From: the human T2T-CHM13v2.0 reference genome, Homo sapiens
Assembly: GCF_009914755.1 (NCBI RefSeq)
Contig: NC_060944.1
Reading direction: 5' to 3' (one strand)
DNA length: 64,000 bases
The notes beneath the pieces were generated by a model that was given only the letters and a program-made list of their open reading frames with translations, had not been told where the DNA came from and did no database searches. The position numbers and the translations under genes are program-made. Positions 13,601-26,352 of the stretch are shown here, one piece after another; within the stretch, counting starts at the first letter, position 1; every line of letters begins with the position of its first letter.

Positions 13601-13950
13601 GAATCATTTTAGGTTCACAGAAAAATTAAGCAGAAAGCACAGTTTCCATATACCTCTTGCCTCCACCCCCACCCCTCCCCCCATCCCCCCCCACACACAC
13701 ATACATACAACTTTCCCAACTATCAACATCTTACACTAGGGTGATACATTTATTACCATTAATGAACCTACAATAACACATCATTATCACCCAAAGTCCA
13801 CAGTTTACATTAAGGTTCACTCTTGGTATTGTACATGCTAAGGGATTTTGACAAATGTACAATGCCATGTATTCAACATTGTAGCACATTTTCACTGCTC
13901 TAAAAATCCTGTTCTCTGCTTATTCATTTCTCCCTTCACCCTAAATGTAC
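13601..13950 (-). mobile_element. L1MC/MD 3' end (host of the MaLR insertion)
   Basis: ttttaggttcacagaaaaattaagcagaaag...cacatcattatcacccaaagtccacagtttacattaaggttcactcttgg. Confidence 0.8.
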
Positions 13951-15080
13951 TACCCTGGTAAAAAAAAAAAAATTTACAAAACAAACAAAAGCCATATTTT
14001 TATGTCTTTGCTAAATGGGATTCTGGCATCTCTTCTGGTCTTTTCTTCCAGCCTCTAGGATGGTTCCCACGAGTTTATCATTCCACGCCTAGGTTAGGGA
14101 TGCCTCCTGAGAGCTAGAATCAGTGCTGTTAAGCTCATCAGGGAGGAGCACAGGGCACTCCACAAAGTCTTAGGAAGGCAGCAAGGAAACATCTAGGCTT
14201 ATGCTCTCCATAGCTTTCATTCTATTTTTTAAACTAGCAGCCCAACTGCTTTTTGTCCTGAGTGCCAAAATGCATCTGGAATGAGGCATAATCCTCCCAC
14301 TTCCAACAGACTCACTTGGTGTAATGTCACAGGTAAATGTATCAGAACCCAGTAGATGTTCTACTTATGATAATTGCTCTGAAATGTTACTAACACTTCT
14401 CAAAATATAGGTGTTGCCTTGGAGCATGTGATGAGAATGCAGTTTGCCTCTTTTCTGTCTCTTCATCTTGGACTCCCTCACATAGCAAAATGCTCCCAAC
14501 AGTTAACGATTCTGTTTTCTCGGTTTATTTCAAGGGAAAGGTATTCCAAGCCTCATGGTTCAGGACTTCCTATCTGACCTCAGTAATGCAACTTATGTCG
14601 TATTTATCATTGCCAATATTAAAGAAAAGAATATGGGTTGCCCCCCAAAGTCACTGAAAACACTCGCTCTTTCAATTCTTGTCTGCCTGCTAGGTTTTAT
14701 GACAAAGACAGATTGGGAGAGTAGGTGGTGATACGATGTGGAGTACACCTTCCTGTTTGAAGGCAATGAGTATACTTCAGCACCAACTAATTCAGTAATA
14801 AGAGACCGCATTGCTGCATTTCCAACATCTGCCTCCTGAGAAAAGTCATAAAGCTCATCCATGGCTTCTCCTGGCCTTTACTTCCTGCCTGATCCTCAAA
14901 CCGTCCCCCTTCCGTCCCCACTGAGGGGTGCAAAGCATCAGCCACAGGAGAATGAGATTTTCTCTGTTCTGGGATGGGGTGAGGCTCCAACACCTTGAGC
15001 TTTACCACCTTAAAGAATAGATCCTGCAAGGAACGGGCAAGAGAACAATTGACAGGATTTGGGACTCTCCTTATACGATG

Positions 15081-15278
15081 CTTCATTCATTCAACAGATA
15101 TTTATTGAGCTTGTTCTATCTGCCAAATAGAGCTCTGGGGATGCGACGATGTGAAGGAAAGAAAAAAAAAGATGATGGCTCATGCCTTCATGAAGCTAAA
15201 AATCTATTCAGAAGACAAATGTTGATCACACAAATGGCACAAATACATGTAAAAACCCCAACTATGATTAATGAGCTG
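15081..15278 (-). mobile_element. L2 3' end
   Basis: ttcattcattcaacagatatttattgagc. Confidence 0.8.
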
Positions 15279-15613
15279 TGTTGCCTGCAATAAGCTGCAT
15301 CTCCAGATCCCACCACAAGATGACAGTTTCATTCATATTTTATGTTCTATCGACAAGCTATCCTGTAAATTTCATCCACATTTGGAACCCACCAAGAGCT
15401 CGCACGATATCAAATATACAGGGCTTTTGTGCAATTTCAAAATAAAGGGTGGCTCTGGTTGGAAGTAAAATTTCCAGGAAAAAAAAAAAAAGCCTTTTTA
15501 GTTACCTAGCCTAGCATGAGGGGAGAATATCAAGCAATAGTGTATGTGTGTGTGTGTATGGCACTGCAGAAGGAGAGAAAAAAACACCAGAAAAGTGGGG
15601 ACACACCTGCTCT

Positions 15614-15638
15614 ACACACACACACACACACACACACA
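15614..15638. repeat. (AC)12 microsatellite, with an imperfect (TG)n at 15540-15560
   Basis: Direct reading of the sequence. Confidence 0.95.
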
Positions 15639-16234
15639 AGTGCATACTCTCGAATTCAAAATGGAGGAAGCTTGAATGCTTCCTGGGTTGCCATTGCTGT
15701 TTGTTGCCGTGTGTTAATGACAGAGCATTGCACTTCTCTCCGATGTACACAAACAAAGCTGAGAGCTGTTAATAGGTTTGAAATGACATTACGGATTGCT
15801 CAAAACAAAACTGTTACTGTTTCAGAGGCAGACCACAAGGGAAAGAAAACTCAGAGTAGATAAACCCGCCCAGAATCCCCCTGATGTGGGAATAAAACCA
15901 CAGTCTCAAATTTTTTATTCCACACCAAGGCCAGAGACTGGAGGAGACACCAGTGGAAAATCTGCTCAACTTCAAGAGTTAGCTGTCACATCACTGTGGC
16001 TAGACACCAGCTCCCTCCATGCCAGTCTCTGCTGGAGTCAAAGACTGAAAAGAAAATTCCAAATCCAGTTCTGGTCACCAATCTAAATGATTAACCGAGC
16101 CCCATTCTGCATACAGGTAGCTGTGCTTCCAATAACCGCAAGTAATTAGCTACTTCGTGATTCTAAGAGAGCCTCTTCAAGAACTGTTTCAGCCATCCAT
16201 GCACCAACTGGTTAAATCATGTTGCTGTATCTCT

Positions 16235-16435
16235 GATTTCAGACTGGGTCCAATTTTCAGCTCTGCCAGTTGCTGTGTGATATCAGGCAAGTTATCTAAC
16301 CTCTCTGAGACCCAGTGTTTTATTCTGCAAAAATAGGAATAAAAGGTAGTTACTATTCACTCCAGTTCTGAAATTGTCTGCATGGATTGAATGTGAAAAA
16401 ATGTGTGAAGTAGTAAGCAGAGTAGGAAGCTCACA
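16235..16435 (+). mobile_element. MIR
   Basis: gctgtgtgatatcaggcaagttatctaacctctctgagacccag. Confidence 0.75.
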
Positions 16436-16469
16436 TTTTGTTTATCTCCCACCAATTTAGTGCAATATT

Positions 16470-16657
16470 AAGCTAGATATTTTTCTAAGCTCTTGAAAAT
16501 TATTAATCCATTTAATCTTCATACCATTATTTTCTCTTTTCCAAAGAAGGAAACTGAGGTATAGAGGAATAAAGGATATCTCCATGGTCACAGCTTGGAG
16601 AGCTATGACTCACATTCACAGCTGGCTCCAGAATCCATGCACCTCACCACTGCACTT
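16470..16657 (-). mobile_element. MIR
   Basis: gaaggaaactgaggtatagagg...catggtcacagc. Confidence 0.7.
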
Positions 16658-16704
16658 AGTTGGGAATTGAGAAATGTTTATCAGTCTATTTCATCCCTCA
16701 TTTC

Positions 16705-17150
16705 AAGCAGTCTCCAAATCCAGCTGATTTATCTTGCCTTTGATGGATTTCACTCAACTCAACCAACCTTTCCATTCCACTGCCACCCTTTACAAAATTC
16801 TGGTCTTCTACTGTCTAATCCACACTACACGTGATTTAAAAAAATCAAGTCTGAAATATTACTTTCCTGCCTGCCCATCCTGCTGAAACCCATTCCATAG
16901 CTCCCCTTTTCTTGCAAGATGAAGCCCAAACACTGGTGGGTCCTTTTCCAACCAGACCAACCTGCACTGCCTGTTGTCATCTTGTAAACCCTGTGCCCCC
17001 ATCACTCTGCACCATCCAGACCTCCACATGAGTCGTCATCACTCTGCCCACCCCACGTGCACTCACACTGGCACTTTCCCCAGAAATGCCTTCTCCGCTC
17101 CTTTCGAGCCTTTGCACACCTTTACAACTCTTTAAGATCCACAGTTCGAG
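16705..17150 (+). mobile_element. L2 fragment
   Basis: aagtctgaaatattactttcctgc...gctccccttttcttgcaagatgaagcccaaac. Confidence 0.55.
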
Positions 17151-17278
17151 TCTATGAGTGAAGTTTAAACTGAAAAGGTCAATGACAAGTGGTGAACTAG
17201 AGCAAAGAATGCAATGGAAGAGGTGTTCTAGGAAAGATCAATCTGGTCACAGATCCTACTTAGGATCTGTGAGATCTT

Positions 17279-17503
17279 TAGAGAGAGACACAGAGAGACA
17301 GGCAAAGAGAGAGAGATTGAGAGAGAGAAAAAGAAGGGAAGGAGGGAGAAACAGGGAGAAAGATTGAAAGAGAGTGAGAGAGAGGAAGAAGGGAAAGAAA
17401 GAGGCAGGTGAGAGACAGGACAGAGAGAGATTAAAAGAGAGTGAAAGAAAGAGAAGGAGGGAGACAGGGGAGACAGTGACACAGAAGTAGAGGAAGAGAG
17501 AGA
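17279..17503. repeat. GA-rich polypurine low-complexity tract
   Basis: About 225 nt, mostly A/G. Confidence 0.9.
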
Positions 17504-17582
17504 GTCGGCATTGGCGGAGGAAACAGGGAAACCAGTGAGCCCAACATTGCAGTTATTCAACATCTCTTTCTTTGATTAAAGA

Positions 17583-18270
17583 CAGAGATCTCAAGCAGGT
17601 GTCCAATAAATCAACTATAACCCACAGATATGTATCTCTGCTTCATAATTGTTTAATAAGGAGAATTCACATGAAACTTCACATTTCTAGATTCTCTTTA
17701 AAAATCAGAAGATTTAGCCTGGGTGTGGTGGCTCATGCCTATAATCCCAGCACTTTAGGAGGCCAAGGTGGGAGGATCACTTGAGGCCAGCGTTTGAGAC
17801 AAGCCTAGGCAGCATAGCAAGAACCTGTCTCTACAAAACAAAAAATTAAAAAATTAGGCAGGTGTGGTGGCATGCATCTGTAGTCCCAGCTACTTGGGAG
17901 GCTGAGGTTTCTGTTTCAACAACAACAACAAAAATCAGAAAATTTAGTCACCCTGGACCCCACGTTCCCCTTGGCAACATTTGTCTAATCTGAACATCAG
18001 CTATTTCCTTTGGATGGCACATTCGCTCTCCACTTTGCCACACTCCCCACTACTCCCTATTACTCCTAAACACTGAAGTCAAGTTATGGCTTATCATTAC
18101 TCTTGCAATATTTCTTTTCTTGAGTAGAAGTCTACTTCTCACAACTAAACCTCTATCATAAGAGGCAAAATCATACACAGACCAAGAGGAACACATATTT
18201 CAAGGCAAATGGAGGCAAATATCTTTTGGGTAGAAGTGAAGACTATCCCATGTCTTCAATATGCCAACAT
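17583..18270 (-). mobile_element. MER102/Charlie4-like hAT element, split by an Alu
   Basis: cgctctccactttgccacactcccc and aaaaatcagaagattt match antisense MER102. Confidence 0.6.
17717..17930 (+). mobile_element. AluJ with internal right-arm deletion
   Basis: Left arm and start of right arm, then jumps to an (aac)n tail; 17-bp TSD aaaatcagaa(g/a)atttag at 17701-17717 / 17931-17947. Confidence 0.9.
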
Positions 18271-18859
18271 CTGGCCTGATTCACTGTGTACCTACCATAG
18301 GTTGGGCCCCCAGGCTTATATCCGTCCTAGGACTTGGACCTTCCTGCCAAGCCTTGCTCTGGTTGCCCTTCCTCTCATTCCATCTTCCAAACCAGGACTA
18401 ACTAGGTCTGCCCCCAAGGTTGGGTCCAATGCCCTGAATCTTTTCTAACTTGCTCTGACTCCAGTACTTATCCTCCTCTTTGGACACTGCTCACTAATTA
18501 GGCAGTCACATAAACTCATTCTAAATAGGGTATGAAGGGCTGAGGATGGCTTCATATACTCTACCTCTCAGGTTACAACTTAACAGGAGCCTTCTGTGCT
18601 TTAACCTAATAGCTATAAATAGGTTTCCTGAAGCCTCAAATTCCTAATGAGTTCCTCTCAGGTGCTGCTGTGGGAAGTCAGTCCTGGGGAATGAGGTGGA
18701 GGGGGAGCAAGATAACCAGGACAGCAGCTGCAGTTTTCCCTGCCCCGTATAATGAAGTTCTGTGTAAGATCCTACTTGGAGGTGAGGGTGGGGTAGAATG
18801 GTTCCACTACCTAAACAAATAATAATAATAAACAGTTTAAGTTTGAAAAGCAATGGTGT

Positions 18860-19455
18860 AGCAGTTATGGTTTTGTTGCAAGTAAAAGAAACCAGTTCCA
18901 GCTAATGGAGTTTATTGGAAGGATAATGTCTGGAGGAGAGAGGTACTCACAGACTCTATGGGGAGCCCAGGTGGCCAGGCTTGACAGCAGGCAGGCAGGC
19001 ACTGAGAAGCAGGCAGCAGGAAGTCAAGTAGGATGTAAAGGAACCACCCTGTAGCCAAACAGTTCGGACGCCATCCTGTAGCCACTGCTCTTGTCACAGC
19101 TGGAAGGAATGGCTTCCCATGGTGACCCTCTCCTCACGTGATTCACTCAGAAATCAAAGCCCTAGGGAAACACCTTCCATTAACCCAGGACTTCTCCACT
19201 GTGACACTTGCTGACATTTAGGGCTGGATCTTTCTTTTTTGTGGGTCCCTTCCTGTGCATTGCAGAACGTTTAGTAGCATCCCTGGCCTCCACCTGCCAG
19301 ATGCCAGCAGCACCCCCCACCAATTCTAACAACCAAAAGCTGTCTCCAGACATCGCCAAATATCTCCTGAGGACACAACTGCCCCCAGTTGAGAACCACT
19401 GAGTGAGCCCAGCTTCAGTCACACGCTGGCTATTTTGGAGCACCAGGGCAGGCTC
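18860..19455 (-). mobile_element. Old MLT1-type LTR, host of a MER20
   Basis: gttgcaagtaaaagaaaccagttccagctaa...tttattggaagga. Confidence 0.5.
19186..19401 (-). mobile_element. MER20 (hAT-Charlie)
   Basis: Full-length antisense copy ending cccccagttgagaaccactg. Confidence 0.9.
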
Positions 19456-20026
19456 TGTGAGCTCTGCTTTCCTATCAGAAGGCAGATGCCTAGAATTGTC
19501 CTCCACACTCCATACAATAAAGACAATTATCCACCGAATTAAATCAAGAGCCATCAAAATAACAACAATGAAAAGGTAAAAATCCACAAATGAGAAGCAC
19601 CACCACTTTGGGCTGTAAGCAGAGAGGGCTTTCTTTCCTCCCCTGCAGACCAGCCAACAGACATCACAGATGGAGGACAGGGCTTTCCCGGAGGCCTACA
19701 CATCAGTGATCACCTGCCCCCACATTGGCCCTTCCTAAGCCACCCATCAGCTGAGCACGCCAAGTCAAGTTGAAAGGGAAACAGCTGGTTTGAGAGACTT
19801 CCCATCTGAATTCCCCGCTCAGGACTTCTCTGGGTTACCAGATGGGATTTAGAGACCCTTTTAATCTGGGTGGTGTGGGGGCACAGGTTAGCTCTTCATT
19901 GAAGAAGAGAGCAGATTTGTTCCTCCTGCACCCGAACTTCAGTCACGCTGAACCTGCACTGTGTGACTGTCATGGTTTCGGGATTACATGAATTTGCTGC
20001 AGCAAACCTGCCTCTGCCATTGTGTG

Positions 20027-20384
20027 TGTATTAGTCCATTTTTCACACTGCTGTAACAAACTCCCTGAGACTGAGTAACTTATAAACAAAAGATGTTTAA
20101 ATGACTCACAGTTCCACGTGGCTGGGGAAGCCTTAGGAAACTTGCAGTCATGGTGGAAGGTGAAGGAGAAGCAAGTACCTTCTGCACAAGGCAGCAGGGA
20201 AGAGAGTGCGAGTGAAGGAGGAACTCCCAAGCACCTATAAACTCATCAGATCCTGTGAATACTCACTCACTATCATGAGAACACCATGGGGGAAACCACC
20301 CCCCTGATCCAATCACCTCCCACCAGGTGCCTCCCTCTGCACAGGGAGATTACAATTTCAGATGAGGTTTGGGTGGGGACACAG
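20027..20384 (-). mobile_element. THE1 (C/D) solo LTR lacking its first ~13 nt
   Basis: tgtattagtccatttttcacactgct...tttgggtggggacacag. Confidence 0.92.
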
Positions 20385-21803
20385 TGAAAAGAATGAAGTA
20401 CAAACCTCATATCTTTGAAGCTCTTAAAACTTTCAAACTCAGCCCTACCAGAACAAATGGCTTAAGATTATTCAAACAATGAGGGAAGAAAGAAGGTGGA
20501 AAATGAATATAAAGACAAAAAACTAAATAAATAAATAAATGTCTAAAGAACTTGATTGACCTCTAAATGTGATGTCTGAATTTTAAGTTTGCTTTCCACT
20601 TGCAATTCATTCTTAGTACACAATTACATCTTAAATAGATAATCCTCTGTAGAACAGTTCTTATGTAAACAGCCAGTAATTTTGATATATTAGAATTAAA
20701 AGAAATTTCCTAAGGCCAAATTCTGCCATGTTTTAAGAAATATGCCTTGGTTATTCCAGGAATAATTTTGCTTCAGGGACCCAATTAAAGTTATCAAAAC
20801 TGTAGGTTCTTCTGGATGCTAAAAATGCAATATATTTTGTACATACCTCTACAGGTTATTATTTTTAGGGATTTTATTTTACAGACAAAAAAACATCCAA
20901 CCAAGGGGAAGGGTTTTTAGAAGATCACATAATTCTAAACCGCAAACAAAAAGCACAAAGCTCTATAATCATGAAGGCTTGTAAAGAACAAGCAGGTTTG
21001 CTCACGGACAGTTGAAATAGGTTTGCCTGTGATATGAGGCAATTTTCAATGCTTTGAAGTTTAAGATGCAGTAAGCACAGTTCACATGAGGCATAATCGA
21101 GAGGCAGTTGTTTGTTTCTGCTGCTGCAAAATTATGGGGTATCCCATATGGGCTAGCATCTTGTGCGTTTGTATATACGGTAATTTCCCTGCAAGAAGCC
21201 TGACATTCCATGCTTTCTTCAGGAAGAAATGGAAACAGTGCTGGGGACAGCTGATGACAGGTTTTCAAGTGTCTCCATCCTCATGCCTGCAATTGTTAAA
21301 AGTATGGGCCAACCAGACCAGCCAAAGAGGGGAGAGACAAATGGAAAAGGTGTTATGTGGGAAATAGAACAGGTAAATAAAAACAGTTCTGTTTCTGAGA
21401 CCCGTCAAAATATTTGTCATCCTGATAACAGGGTGAAGTCTCTGACAGATTTCACTTAGCCAGGTATTTTACTTGCAAGCAAGATTGGAGCAACTTGACC
21501 TTTATCATTTCATAACGAGCAAAGAATTTGCCTGTCATGCTGCAATTTCTGTTATGTGGCTTCAAGAAGCAAAAGAGAGAAAGAGAAGAGAGAAAAAGCT
21601 CATTTGTCGATTTTCCTGTTGAAATATCACCAACTCAACCCATGTGATGTGGTCCAACTGATGGGACCCCAGTGTGGCCACCAGAAGTAATAGTCTGGGA
21701 GAATGAGGGTCCCAGGGGAATCCTCCTGGAGCTATGGTTACAAATGCTGAAATTCTCAGATTTTTTTTTCAAAAATAAGTGAATTTTTTTCTATAGTCTA
21801 ACG

Positions 21804-22016
21804 CAGGGGGCAGCAAATGTTTCCTGTGGAGAACTAGACAGTAAATGTTTTAGGCTGTGTAAATTCTATGGTCTCTGTCATGACTACTCAACTCTGCTGC
21901 TGCAGCATAGAAACCTACTGTAAATGAACGAGCATGGCTATGTTCCAAGAACTCTTGGTTTTACAGAAACAGGCATTGAGCTGGCTTTGGCCCGTGGGCC
22001 TTGGTTTGTGGACTAT
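21804..22016 (-). mobile_element. MER58A
   Basis: tactcaactctgctgctgcagcatagaa...aaatgaacgagcatggctatgttcca. Confidence 0.82.
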
Positions 22017-22132
22017 ACTTTAAAGGTTGACCGGGCTTTGTAGGCCTTCATAGCCTCAGAGATGCCACCCAATATCCAAGGTTTGGGGGAATCTCTCAAT
22101 GTGACAACTAGGAAATTTTGCTTCAACCATTC

Positions 22133-23246
22133 TGTAGTGAATTCCTGTAATTTTACATTGCCTTGAAATCCATTTTAAAGATAAGTTTAAACTTCTCATA
22201 CCAGAGTAGGGCTTAGTCACCTTTGACACAGTTTCCAGTCCTCTGCCTACTCCTAGTTTCTTGACATGGTGGATCCAGATATCAGCGGTATACAACCGCC
22301 TCCTGGCCTCCTGGTTGGGAGGTGGCCACTTCCTTATGGGACAGCTGGGTACCACCTATCTGACTCACTCCCCTGGCCCCCACACCCCCCATGGACTGCA
22401 AAGACATGCCACAGTTTGACCACCTGTTAGTCACCCCACTCAGAACTCGCACCCACCTGTGTGCTCTAAACCCACCAATTAGAGCTCCATAGGAAACCTC
22501 CATGGGCAACACCCTGGCCTTAATAAGGTCTCCAACCCTCAGGTTCCTCTCCCTCTACCCTGCCTTCTGTCTCTCTCCTTCTCTCTGTCTCTCTTTCTGT
22601 CTCTCCTTCTCTCCCTCTCTTGCTGTCTCTCTCTGTCTCTCTCTTGCTGTCTCTCTTTGTTCTCTTTGTCTCACTGTCTCTCTTGCTGTCTCGCTGTCTC
22701 TGTCTCTCTGTCTTGCTGTCTCTCTGCCTCTCTTGCTGTCTTGCTGTCTCTCTCTTGCTCGCTGTCTCTGTCTCCTCACTGTCTTTCTGTCTCTCTCTTT
22801 CTCACTCTCTATCTCTCTCTCGCCCTCTGCCTCTCTCTCTCTGTCTCTGTCTCTTGCTCTCTCTCTCTCTCACTGTCTCTGTCTCTGTCTCTCGCTTTCT
22901 CTCTCTCACTATCTCTGTCTCTTTCGCTCTGTGTCTCTCTCTGTCTCTATCTCTCTCTGTCTCTCTCTCACTGTCTCTCTGTGTGTGTGTCTCTCCCCAT
23001 CCCCTGGCTGATCTTCCTGCCCCCTCAGAGTTTCTGACAGTCTCCCAGAGGCATCTCTAACCTCCCAATCTGTAAGTAATGCATTTCTTCCATTTCATGC
23101 CATTTGGTTTTGCCTTTTCTTATGCCTCACCTGACTGACACACCCAAACCTAACTTCCCCCAGAGAGGGCACTCCTAGAAAGCGTCTATCTTGGTTTATG
23201 GCCACTCAATACCAAATCAGAAACCATAACAATAAAAATTACAACA
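22133..23246 (+). mobile_element. MER73/MER74-like ERVL solo LTR with expanded CT tract
   Basis: ttctcataccagagtagggcttagtcacctttgacacagtttccag and ctctaaacccaccaattaga; LTR resumes after the CT tract; right end approximate. Confidence 0.7.
22555..22995. repeat. Complex polypyrimidine satellite (CT / CTGT / CTTGCTGT)n
   Basis: About 440 nt with very few A; accounts for the S/L/C-rich ORFs. Confidence 0.95.
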
Positions 23247-23720
23247 AAGAAAAAAAACTCTATAATAACAGCAGAGCTTTTTTCAAAAAAAACCTACAGA
23301 TTATATCTTTATTCCTCACACATCCTCAAATCCACTCTGAAAACAGTAACAGGTACTTTCAGGCCAGTATGGCAAAGTTGCCGGAAGTGACCCAAAATGA
23401 GAGGATGGCAGCCCTCAGCATCTATCACCGCTTAGGCAGGTCTCACGACAGACTGAGTGAAGGTGGGACTGCTCCTCTCCCACTTGTTCACTTTTCAATC
23501 CCATGAAATACCCTGGCTTTTACCTCCAGCCAGAGTGCCCCAAAACAGCATCAGCTCTCACAGCCCTGGATTCAACATCCCCCGCAAGATCAGTGGAGTA
23601 GGAATACTCCAACAGCCCAGTGTCCAGGCTGTTAATGCATTCTTCATGCACTTGAAGTGTTGGGCTTTGTTTAAAGCATCACTTTTTTCTAAAACTAAAT
23701 CTCTCTAAACATTCAATGAT

Positions 23721-24029
<309 letters not shown>

Positions 24030-25518
24030 CTAGAAAATCTGGCACTTTCTGTCTGCTACAAAAAGCCACTTTTCCCCCACCCATGTTGATTAAAACATAA
24101 TTGTTGCACATTTAATATTTGTTTTTCAAAGGTCCAGAGTAAAGCAAATTCTCAGCGTGATTCTTCCCAACACTGCTTTAAAACAACGTGTGTGAATGTA
24201 ACCTCTAAAAATCCCAATTATGAAGTTGTCTCACAGGTGGCCCCCGACCTCAGCATTCCTGACCTTTATCCATCCCGGCCCTTAAGTGGATAGCCACATA
24301 CTTGGACGCCTGACTTCAGCTCTTTTGGGCTCCTTCATCTCCCTTCTGTGACCCTTGGTGGAAAAGCCCAGAGCCTCTAACTTTATAGGTGGATGAGCTG
24401 TGGCCTGACCTTACTTAGGACCCTAGGCTTGTCATTCAGCCTCTGAAAGCTCCCCACTCCGTCCCCACAGCTAGCAGGGCCACGTTCCAAGGAGGAGCAA
24501 TGAACAGAAAGGGCTTTGCTCCTGGAACCAGGTGAGCGAGCGTTTTTAAGAGGCTTTTCTAGCCATGGCAGAGCAATTTAAATAACAAGGGTCAGGATTA
24601 GCCCTTTATGGTATCGAGGTGGGGAAAAAATCCGCAGAGGCAGTGAAATGAGAAAGGTAGACTAGCATTCATTCTCTTACAATAGTTCCGTTTCCCATCT
24701 TGCTAAGCACACACAGCCGTAATTATATTGCTTTCCACCGACTTGTATACACACTTCCTTCCCGCCATAAAAACACAAGCGCCTCCATAGATGAAAACTG
24801 ATTTTAATATAGAAACCCCAGTATCTATAATTCATGCTCTTTAGCCTTTACATATTTATCCTGCATTTTAATTAAGGCCAAAATCTGAATACTTTAGATG
24901 GATAGTTTCTTTTCTCTTCTATGCATAGCTTATAGGTAAATTACCTGGCAGAAGCCCAAATGTTAAGCAAACACAATAGAACCTGGGACTGGAGTAAGCT
25001 ATTATCGGACGGTCAGCCCAGGAGAGCTTGGAAAGCTCTCTCCTTTCAAAGGTAACCATCTGAAGACTGGCAGGACTTGTCTCCTGCAGTTGCAAAAGAA
25101 TGAGAAGATAAAATCCCCAAGTTTGGGCATGACAGTACAGCCCACCTCTCCACAGCAAAGGCGTCACCTCCAGTGACATCTGAGAAGAGAGGACGGGAGG
25201 GGCTGGGAGAATGGAAAGGGGTTTGAAAGACCCCTGAAGTACCAGGAATCTATCCTCTGGGCCTAGGACAGTAGTTCCCAAAACTGACCCTGGAATGGTC
25301 CAGCTGACACAGAGAACACATCTAAGATTAGAAAAGCCAAAAGTTCACGGTTGGCCTTTGGTAGGAATGACCAGATTTTTCGATGAAATGTTTGATGCTT
25401 TGAAACCCTAGGAAGTGCCTCCATGAATAATATATCAAGAACGGTGATCTTTAAAATGCAAAACTCCACCTAAGCCTGGCCCAAGTAGGTACCAATGTGG
25501 TCTTTTTTAATTGCTAAA

Positions 25519-25733
25519 GCAGTTTAGCAAACTAGAGCCTGCAGGCCAAATCTGGACCAATGCATGTTTTTGTAAATAAAGGTTTACTGGAACACAGCTG
25601 TATTCACTTAATGTATTATCTGTGGCTGTTTTCATGTTAGGATGACAAAGTTCAGTAGTTGGAATGCAGATCATTTGGCCTGAAAAGCCTAATTTCTTCT
25701 CTGACCCTTTACAGAAAAGCTTGCCAGCCCCTG
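25519..25733 (+). mobile_element. MER58A
   Basis: gcaggccaaatctgg...ccctttacagaaaagcttgccagcccctg. Confidence 0.85.
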
Positions 25734-26169
25734 CGCTCAAGAATTGCTTCTTCACATTCTGCCTTCCAGTTTCTTCTTTCAGGAAAAGAAGTGGAAATAA
25801 ATCTGAGACATTTGGAATTGCCAAATTCTCTCCATTGTACTGTTTCTTCTAGTCTTTACAAAAGCAAGGAAAAGAACTGTAGACATTTCTTGCCAATCAT
25901 CTTCTCTGGAGGTAAAACAGCCCATATTAATTTTCTAGGAGTCATAACATTGTACTGGGTAACACTTCCAGTGTGTGCCTGCTAGGAGGACCAGGGACCC
26001 AGGTACTGGACTGGTACTTTGTCTCCATTATCTTGTTTGAATATTCAGGCCACCTCAATGTGGACTTTGCTAGAATATCAATAATTTGCTGTTGATAAGA
26101 GACAGAGGCAATTTTAAAACCAAATCTATCTGATTTTAAATCTGATCTTCTTAACTACAGCACCTTTGC

Positions 26170-26352
26170 TACTGACACTTAGACACTCTGCCAAGCACTG
26201 TCCTCTTAACCCTTAAAACAGACCCATCATGAGATAGATGATACTGACAAACCCATCTCACAGATCAGGAAACTGAGACTTGGAAAGTAAAATGACTTCC
26301 TCAAGATCACCCAGCTCATGTGAGGCAGTGCCGGGGAGTAGGCTCCAGAGCC
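26170..26352 (-). mobile_element. MIR
   Basis: cccatctcacagatcaggaaactgagacttgg. Confidence 0.75.

Noticed and set aside
22502-23060. ORFs of 126-169 aa rich in S/L/C
   Set aside because: They are translations of the CT-rich satellite, which lacks stop codons in all frames
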